This document shows positions 57,461 through 64,000 of a DNA stretch of 64,000 nucleotides, piece after piece. Where the stretch lies: positions 128,001 through 192,000 of the forward strand of contig JBBRLX010000003.1 of assembly GCA_038231135.1 (NCBI GenBank), read 5' to 3'. This stretch comes from Candidatus Eiseniibacteriota bacterium (GTDB lineage Bacteria > Eisenbacteria > RBG-16-71-46). Made by a program: the position numbers and the translations under genes. Each line of letters begins with the position of its first letter. Positions within the stretch are counted from its first letter, which is position 1. A model generated the notes under the pieces. That model was not told where the DNA came from and did no database searches. It saw nothing but the letters and a program-made list of their open reading frames with translations.

Positions 57461-59167
57461 ATGACCTTCGCCGCCATCGACCTCGAAGTCCATCGCTTCG
57501 TCCATCAGCTCGGCCGCCAGCTCGCCGACACCCGCAACCCGGACAAGGTGCTGCGTCACGCGCTGCGCGCGTGCTCCGAGCACTTCGGCGCCGAGCGCGC
57601 GGTGATCGCGGTGCTCGAGCCGGGCATGGCCATGGCCGAGGCGCTCGTCGTCCACCCCGAGGGCGCGGCGTGCGACCTCGCGCTCGTCACGGCGCTGCTG
57701 CGCCGCGAGCAGCCGCCGATCCCGAGCGGCACCGTGGTGGCGCGGCTCGCGCGCCGCGGCCGGGCGTGGGGGATGATCGTGCTCGACCGCGACGGCAACC
57801 GGTTTCCGGACGGCGCGCCACGCGCGCTGGCGCTGGTGGCCGAGGAGTTGTCGGCGATGCTCGAGCGGCTGGACCGCGAGCGGCTGTCGGAGGTGCGCGC
57901 GCGCATCGACGGCAAGATGATGCGCGAGCTGCCGCCCAAGGATCTCTACTACCAGATCCTCGACGGGCTCCATCAGCTCACGCGCTACGATCATTCGGCC
58001 GCGCTGTGGATCTGGAACCCGGCCACGTCCGAGCTGGAGCTGGTGGCGGAGCAGGTGGCGTTCGAGAAGGGCAAGAGCACGCTGATCGGTTCCCGGGCGT
58101 GGCTGGCGGACGATCTGGCCGCGGTGCTGGGGGATGGCGTGGTATTCGGGTTCGACCGCGACGGCGACGGCTGGCTCGAATGGACCGGCTACGGCGTCGT
58201 GCCGCTGGCCGCGATGCTCGATTCGAGCGGGCTCGGCACGCCACCGCGCCCCAACGAGGGTGCGATGCTGTGCGCGGCGCTCGGCACCCGCGAGGGGCCG
58301 CTCGGCATCCTCAAGCTCGCCGAGCTCCACGTCGGCTCGTTCGCCGAGTGGGAGCGCGCCGCGGTCGAGCGGTTCACGCTGCTCGCGTCGCTGGCGCTGC
58401 AGCGCGCGCGCACGATCGAATCGCTGCAGGCCCGCATGATCAAGGTGGAGCGCCAGAACGCGCTGGCCAACCTGGCGCGCGGCGTCGCACACGACGTCAA
58501 CAACGCGCTGGGCGAGGTGCTGCCGCTGGTGCAGCAGATCCGCAGCGACCTCGAGGCCGGCCGGCTCGAGCCGCGGCTGCTCGCCGACGATCTCGACCGC
58601 GTCGAGAGTTCGCTGCAGGTCACGCGCGGGATCTTCGGGCGCATGCTGCGGTTCGCGCGCGGCTCGGCCCGCGTGTCCGCCACCGGCGACGTGATCCGCG
58701 CGCTCGAGAGCACCTGCGACCTGATGCGCGACGGCATCGCGAAGCAGCAGGTCGTCCTGCACATCGAGGCGCCGGACACGCTGCCGCGGGTACGGTGCGC
58801 GACCAGCGACCTCGAGCGCGTGTTCCTGAACCTGATGGGCAATGCCCGCGACTCGATGCCGGGAGGCGGCACGCTCGCGCTGCGGTTGCGGCTCGACGCC
58901 GGGGTGGTCGAGATCGTGATCGAGGACACCGGCACCGGCATGTCGCCCGAGACGCTGGCCGAGATCGAGCGCCCGTTCTACACCACGAAGGAGCACGGCA
59001 CCGGGCTCGGGCTCTCGACCTGCCGTTCGATCGTGGCCGAGGCCGGCGGCGAGCTGGCGATCACGAGTTCGCCGGGGCACGGGACGCGCGTGACGGTGCG
59101 TATTCCCGCCGCGCTGGGCGACCGGCCCGCGGGCGATACGCCGACACCTGCGGCGGGAGAGCCCTGA
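57461..59167 (+). CDS. Cytoplasmic sensor histidine kinase with GAF-like input domains
   Basis: GVAHDVNNAL, VFLNLMGNARD, DTGTGM, PFYTTK..GTGLGL; no TM helices seen. Confidence 0.88.
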   Translation: MTFAAIDLEVHRFVHQLGRQLADTRNPDKVLRHALRACSEHFGAERAVIAVLEPGMAMAEALVVHPEGAACDLALVTALLRREQPPIPSGTVVARLARRGRAWGMIVLDRDGNRFPDGAPRALALVAEELSAMLERLDRERLSEVRARIDGKMMRELPPKDLYYQILDGLHQLTRYDHSAALWIWNPATSELELVAEQVAFEKGKSTLIGSRAWLADDLAAVLGDGVVFGFDRDGDGWLEWTGYGVVPLAAMLDSSGLGTPPRPNEGAMLCAALGTREGPLGILKLAELHVGSFAEWERAAVERFTLLASLALQRARTIESLQARMIKVERQNALANLARGVAHDVNNALGEVLPLVQQIRSDLEAGRLEPRLLADDLDRVESSLQVTRGIFGRMLRFARGSARVSATGDVIRALESTCDLMRDGIAKQQVVLHIEAPDTLPRVRCATSDLERVFLNLMGNARDSMPGGGTLALRLRLDAGVVEIVIEDTGTGMSPETLAEIERPFYTTKEHGTGLGLSTCRSIVAEAGGELAITSSPGHGTRVTVRIPAALGDRPAGDTPTPAAGEP

Positions 59168-59168
59168 G

Positions 59169-60299
59169 GTGGCGCGCGCCAGACTGCTGGTGGTCGACGA
59201 CGAGCCGGGCATGCTGCGCGCGGTGGAGCGCGTGCTCGCCCCGCTCTACGACGTGACGACGTCGCGGCTGCCGGTGCTGGCGCTCGAGGTCGCCTCCGCG
59301 CCGGGAGCGACGTTCGACGTCGCGATCCTCGACGTGCGCATGCCCGGCATGGACGGTTTCGCGCTGATGGCCCGGCTCGCGGTCCTGCAGCCCGGCATCA
59401 GCGTGATCCTGATGACCGGCAGCGCCGACGAGCGTGACGCCCGGCTGGTGCGGGCGATCCGCGAGCGGGCGTTCTTCTTCCTGACGAAGCCGTTCGACCG
59501 CGACGTGCTGCTCACGCTCGTCGAGCGCTGCCTCGAGTTGCGGCGGCTCGACGTCGCGAACCGGGCTCACGTCGCCGAGCTCGAATCGGAGCTGGCGGCC
59601 GCGCGCGTGTTCCAGGAGAGCCTGCTGCCGCCGCGGCACGGCGAAGGTGGCGGCGTGCGGATCGCCGCGTACTGGGAGCCGACGGAGACGCTGGGCGGAG
59701 ACTTCTTCGACTACACGCTCGACGGCACCGGAGCGACGGTGCTGATGGCCGACGTGTCGGGACACGGCGCGCCGGCGGCCATGCTGGCGGGCATGGTGAA
59801 ACTGGCGTTCCGCGCCGTGGCGGGGAAGGTGCAGGCAGCCCAGGTGATGGATCGCGTCGGCGGGTGCGTGAAGCTGTTCCCGCCCGACCGGCACCTGACC
59901 GCGATCGCGGTGCAGTTCGGGCCGGTGCCGGGCGCCGTGAAGTACGTGAACGCGGGGCACCCGCCCGGGCTCCTGGTCCACAGCGGCCGCATCGAACGGC
60001 TGGAGTCGTCGGAGGCGCTGCTGCATCCGGCATTGCAGCGGAACACCGACACGGTCCCCTGCGAAGCGCGGCTCGAACCCGGCGACCGGCTGGTGCTCTA
60101 CACCGACGGCATCACCGAGACCCGCAGCCCCGCCGAGGAGGAGTTCGGCGCCGAGCGACTGGAGCGGGCGGTGATTGCCGCCGCGTCCGAGAGCCTCGAC
60201 AACCTGCTCCACCGGGTGCGCGCCGAGTTGGAGACGTTCCGCGACGGGCGGCCCGCGTCGGACGACGTCACGATGCTGGTGCTGGAGCGGACCGCGTAG
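59169..60299 (+). CDS. Response regulator-PP2C/SpoIIE phosphatase fusion (RsbU/RssB-like)
   Basis: LLVVDDE, LDVRMP, TKPF; AARVFQESLLP, GGDFFD, DVSGHG, NAGHP, YTDGITE, DDVT. Confidence 0.92.
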   Translation: MARARLLVVDDEPGMLRAVERVLAPLYDVTTSRLPVLALEVASAPGATFDVAILDVRMPGMDGFALMARLAVLQPGISVILMTGSADERDARLVRAIRERAFFFLTKPFDRDVLLTLVERCLELRRLDVANRAHVAELESELAAARVFQESLLPPRHGEGGGVRIAAYWEPTETLGGDFFDYTLDGTGATVLMADVSGHGAPAAMLAGMVKLAFRAVAGKVQAAQVMDRVGGCVKLFPPDRHLTAIAVQFGPVPGAVKYVNAGHPPGLLVHSGRIERLESSEALLHPALQRNTDTVPCEARLEPGDRLVLYTDGITETRSPAEEEFGAERLERAVIAAASESLDNLLHRVRAELETFRDGRPASDDVTMLVLERTA

Positions 60300-60303
60300 C
60301 CCG

Positions 60304-61611
60304 TCAGTGCGCGGCCGTCACCCCCGGCTGCGGCCGCGCGTTCCATAAAATCAGCATCAGTACCGCGCCGATCGCCGCGAAGCCGATCATGCTCGGCGCC
60401 CAGGCGCCCCAGCCGTACAGGTCGACCAGTTTGCCGATGCCGTAGCCGGCGAACGCGCCGCCGATGTACTGCATGCCGTCGAACAGCCCGGCCGCGGTGG
60501 CGGCGGCACGCTGGCCGCCGAAGTCCATCGACGCGGTGCCCGACAGCATCGAGTGCACCATCGAGATGCCCATCGAGTTCACGATGAACGCGCCGATGAT
60601 CCAGCCGATCGAGGTCTGGTGCCACACCACCCACAGCGACGCGACCATGAGCGCGTAGCCGATGAACGCGACCGGGGGCCGGCGGGCGCCGAACGTCTTG
60701 TCCGACAGCAGTCCGGCGATCACCGCGCCGACGATGCCGGCGCCGACGATGATGAACGCGCCGGTGCGGAAGATCGGGCTGTCGAGCTTGAGATGCTGGG
60801 CCTCCTGCATGTAGCGCGGGAACCATTCCTCGAAGCCCTTGCGCGCGAGTCCGGTGCAGAACTCGGCGACCGCGATCGTCAGCGCGATCGGGTTCGTGAA
60901 CACCTTGCGCGCGACGTAGCCGAACGTGATCTTCTCGGTGTCGCCGCTGGTGGCGTCCTGCGGGTCGAACGCCGGCAGGCCGGCGTCGGCGGGCGTGTCC
61001 CGCACGACGAGCGCCGTGAAGATCAGCATGATGCCAATCGCGATCGCGGGCAGGAAGAACTTCCACTGCCACGGCAGCGCCACCACGAACGGCAGCGGCA
61101 GGATCGCGTATACGCCGGTGCGGCCGAGCTGGATCATCGAACCGAAGATCGACGAGAACACGCCACGCTCGCTGACGTGGAACCAGCCCGAGTTCACCTT
61201 GATCAGCGCGAGCGCGCTGTAGGACTGGAAGTACATGTTCAGCGTCCACATCGTCGTCAGGTAGCCGAGCAGCAGCGTGCCCGTGCCCAGGAATCCGAGG
61301 TAGGCGCCAAGGCCGAACAGCAGGTTGAACACGAACGCGCCCGAGGCGCCGATCAGCATCGCCCTGCGCCCGCCGAGACGGTCGGCGATCGGACCGTTGA
61401 ACAGCGCCGAGACGCCGTAGACCAGCGTGGCCACCGAGATGATGCCGCCGATCTGGGCCTTGCTCCAGCCGTAGGTGTCGGACAGCGCCTTATTCGCGAA
61501 CGAAAAGTTGTAGCGGCCCATGTACATGGCCGCGTACGTGAGTCCGAGCGTGAACCAGTTCTGGATCCGGCGGGTGCGGAAGGCGGCCGTGTACGTCGGG
61601 CGCTCGAGCAT
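60304..61611 (-). CDS. MFS transporter (OPA/GlpT-UhpC-like)
   Basis: Y...Y..R.NFS, G.IADRLG.R, WF...ERG, RDTP...GL, AG.LSD..F..RR, AAGLFD. Confidence 0.88.
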   Translation of the reverse strand: MLERPTYTAAFRTRRIQNWFTLGLTYAAMYMGRYNFSFANKALSDTYGWSKAQIGGIISVATLVYGVSALFNGPIADRLGGRRAMLIGASGAFVFNLLFGLGAYLGFLGTGTLLLGYLTTMWTLNMYFQSYSALALIKVNSGWFHVSERGVFSSIFGSMIQLGRTGVYAILPLPFVVALPWQWKFFLPAIAIGIMLIFTALVVRDTPADAGLPAFDPQDATSGDTEKITFGYVARKVFTNPIALTIAVAEFCTGLARKGFEEWFPRYMQEAQHLKLDSPIFRTGAFIIVGAGIVGAVIAGLLSDKTFGARRPPVAFIGYALMVASLWVVWHQTSIGWIIGAFIVNSMGISMVHSMLSGTASMDFGGQRAAATAAGLFDGMQYIGGAFAGYGIGKLVDLYGWGAWAPSMIGFAAIGAVLMLILWNARPQPGVTAAH

Positions 61612-61738
61612 GCGCAGCTACCTCGTGGGCGTTCGAAGCGAAGCCCGGCTCCCCACGGGGCGCCGGAGGACAAGGAGATCCTCGCTTGTACTCCCGCATT
61701 ACCGGGAAATCAAGGTCCGAACGCGCTATCATGCGCGC

Positions 61739-62257
61739 ATGGGCACCCTGGCCGCCTGGCTGAGTCGCGAGCTCGAGTGGGATTCGCTCGAATGGCTCGG
61801 GCGCCGCTACGTGCTGCGCGCGGGCGGGGACGAGGTGGCCCGGCTGACGACCACGGGACTGTTTCGGCGCGCCGCCGAGTTCGAAGCGCCCGGTGTGCGG
61901 TGGCAGATCCGGTCCACGCGCTGGCTGCTGCCCGAACTGCGAGTCCTGGAGGACGGCAGGCCGATCGCCACCTACCGCGGCCGCTGGTTCGGCGGGGGCA
62001 CGCTCGAACTGCTCCACGACCGTTCGGTCTCGGCCGCCGGCGTCTCGCGGAACTGGCAATGGCGTCGCCGCGGGCTGCGTCGCCGGCAATTCCTGGAGGA
62101 CGGTGTGCCGGTCGTGAGCCTGTGGCGGAAGCTGTCGTGGGCTCGACGGCGTGTTGGCGCGCGCGTGGAACGCGACTCGTTGCCGGAGCGTGACGCGCTC
62201 ATCCTCGTCGCGGCGGGGTTCTATCTGATGCTGCGGACGCGACGCGGACGTCCATGA
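61739..62257 (+). CDS. Hypothetical protein (Trp/Arg-rich beta strands with a C-terminal hydrophobic helix)
   Basis: ATG at 61739 preceded by TATCAT; 172 aa with coding-like codon usage. Confidence 0.65.
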   Translation: MGTLAAWLSRELEWDSLEWLGRRYVLRAGGDEVARLTTTGLFRRAAEFEAPGVRWQIRSTRWLLPELRVLEDGRPIATYRGRWFGGGTLELLHDRSVSAAGVSRNWQWRRRGLRRRQFLEDGVPVVSLWRKLSWARRRVGARVERDSLPERDALILVAAGFYLMLRTRRGRP

Positions 62258-62344
62258 TAGTTCTCAAGAATTGCTGAAATAACTCCGATAAATCGGCATT
62301 CCCCGCCCCCCTCCGCCCTCCAGTACGTACCGAAGGAGGTCACG

Positions 62345-64000
62345 GTGTTTCGTTTCTCGACGCGATTCGCGGCCCTGCTCGCCGTTTGCATCACGCTGTC
62401 GCAGTCTCACCCGGCCATGGCAGGCACCGTTCGATTCGCAACGCACGTCCGACCCACCGCCACGGCGGCCGGGCATGCGATCGGCACGAGCATCGCGGCA
62501 CGGGGCGCCATTCAACTCACTCCGTTCAGCTCGGCCCTGTTCGCCGGGGATTCGTTCTTCGGCACGGCGTCCCTCCAGAACCCGAATGGGGATCCGCTCG
62601 CCGGCGCGGCCGTCCAATTCACGATCTTCGGCGGGCCGAACGCCGGGAACCCGGGGAGCGGCCCCGCGGTTACCGACGCGGACGGCCTGGCCGGTTTCGA
62701 CTACATGAGCACGCGCAACGGCGTCGACTCGCTGGTCGCGACGTTCGTCGATGCGTCGGGGACGCTGCAGACCTCGAACGTCATTACGGTCGAATGGGCC
62801 GGCGGCGACGACTGTCCCGCGTTCACGGCGCCGACGCCGGCGGACCGGTCCACGGTCGTGGTCCACGCGGGAGATCCCATCGCGCTGGATGTACGCGCCA
62901 CCGACGCGAATCCGGGGGACACAGTGACGCTGGCCGCACTCGGCCTGCCGGCATCCGCCACGTTCAGCCCGGGAGAGGGCAATCCGGCGAGCGGCAGCTT
63001 CCGGTGGACGCCGTCCTATGCGGACCTGGGCCGGCATGTTCTCACGTTCAACGCGTCCGACAACGCCGCCGCGGCGTGCACCACGTCGACCGGCGTGACG
63101 ATCGATGTGCAATGCCCGCTCAACAACCGGGCCCCGGAGTTCACGGCGCCGGCCTGCGGCGCGACGGTGGTGACGCTCGCCGGCCAGCTGGTGACGCTGC
63201 CGGTCGCGGTGCGGGACGCCGACACGGGCGATGCGGTGACCCTGACGGCGTCGGGGCCGGGAGCGCTCGTCGCCGTGACGCCGGGAAATCCGGCGTCGGG
63301 CCGGTATGAATGGCGAACCGGCGCGGCCGACATCGGGGTGCACGTGATCACGCTCACCGCGACGGACCGGTGTGGCGGCACGTCGGATTGCAGCACCACG
63401 GTGCGTGTGGACGACCCGCAGGTGTGCCCGCGGTTCATAGCGCCCACGCCGGCGGAGGGTGCGGTGCTGGCGGCCACCGCGGGTGCCGAGTTCTCGCTGC
63501 CGGTGCGCGCGGCCGACGCGAACGCCGGTGACCGGTTGACGCTGAGCGTCGACGGAGCGCCCGCGGTGACGTTTACGACGTCGCCCGGCAATCCCGTGGA
63601 CGGCACGCTCTTGTGGGCGCCCACGCGGGCAGACCTCGGGCAGCACGCGATCACGTTCACGGTGATCGATCACGCCGCCACGCCATGCGCGGTGTCACGC
63701 ACCGTCCAGGTGCTCGTCGCGTGCCCGGCGGGCAATGCGGCGCCCGTGTTCACGGCGCCGGCGTGCGGCGCCACGCTCGAAGCCGCGGCCGGCCAGCCGC
63801 TGTCGTTCCCGGTGGCCGCTGCAGACCCCGACGCCGGCGATGCCGTGACGCTCGCGATGACGGGAGCGGGCGCGCTGACGATCGTGCCCGGGAATCCCCC
63901 GACGGCCCGGTTCGACTGGACGCCAGCCGCTGCGGATTCCGGGTCGCGCACGCTGGCGTTCACGGCGACCGATCGCTGCAGCCTCACGACCCGCTGCGAG
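62345..64000 (+). CDS. Secreted protein with Big-1-like Ig domain and Cys-containing cadherin/He_PIG-like repeats; 3'-truncated (absent from ORF track)
   Basis: RBS AAGGAGGT then GTG. Signal-like MFRFSTRFAALLAVCITLSQSHPAMA. Frame stays open to the window end with repeats P.F.AP...A.D.D.GD.VTL...GNP..G...W.P...D.G.H..TFTATD. Confidence 0.85.
   Translation, partial: MFRFSTRFAALLAVCITLSQSHPAMAGTVRFATHVRPTATAAGHAIGTSIAARGAIQLTPFSSALFAGDSFFGTASLQNPNGDPLAGAAVQFTIFGGPNAGNPGSGPAVTDADGLAGFDYMSTRNGVDSLVATFVDASGTLQTSNVITVEWAGGDDCPAFTAPTPADRSTVVVHAGDPIALDVRATDANPGDTVTLAALGLPASATFSPGEGNPASGSFRWTPSYADLGRHVLTFNASDNAAAACTTSTGVTIDVQCPLNNRAPEFTAPACGATVVTLAGQLVTLPVAVRDADTGDAVTLTASGPGALVAVTPGNPASGRYEWRTGAADIGVHVITLTATDRCGGTSDCSTTVRVDDPQVCPRFIAPTPAEGAVLAATAGAEFSLPVRAADANAGDRLTLSVDGAPAVTFTTSPGNPVDGTLLWAPTRADLGQHAITFTVIDHAATPCAVSRTVQVLVACPAGNAAPVFTAPACGATLEAAAGQPLSFPVAAADPDAGDAVTLAMTGAGALTIVPGNPPTARFDWTPAAADSGSRTLAFTATDRCSLTTRCE

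Overview
GC-rich bacterial chromosomal segment. The T9SS/FlgD-like C-terminal sorting domains, a Fibrobacter-type LexA box and a Cys-type CcmE suggest an FCB-group lineage such as Ca. Eisenbacteria; this placement is inference only. In order: two tandem paralogous giant secreted proteins with arrays of 24 and 14 ~72-aa repeats (1-18361); a long operon mrp-iscS-pdxS-pdxT-nrnA-ccmABCDEF with a CxxxY-type CcmE and a 35-aa ccmD missed by the ORF track (18548-28400); a putative SOS cassette of a DUF6504/ImuB-C-like small protein, a Y-family polymerase and DUF72, behind an 18-bp palindromic operator (28413-30982); a scrambled HNH-nuclease pseudogene whose HNH core is inverted (31022-31828); fba-fbp-PBP1 and an FAD oxidoreductase on the minus strand; a 4-hydroxybenzoyl-CoA-reductase-like Mo-hydroxylase cluster with xdhC and mocA (38399-44118); two methyltransferases; a poly-G16 tract ahead of a small protein/KaiC-like ATPase/hybrid kinase module (46297-50404); APC permease, tfoX remnant, methyltransferase, Rieske protein, LOG protein, kynureninase-like enzyme, thyX, fdhD, a histidine kinase/REC-PP2C pair and an MFS transporter; and the start of a Cys-rich Ig/cadherin-repeat secreted protein running off the right edge. 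No rRNA, tRNA, CRISPR array or intact transposase was seen. All calls come from motif recognition by eye, without database searches.
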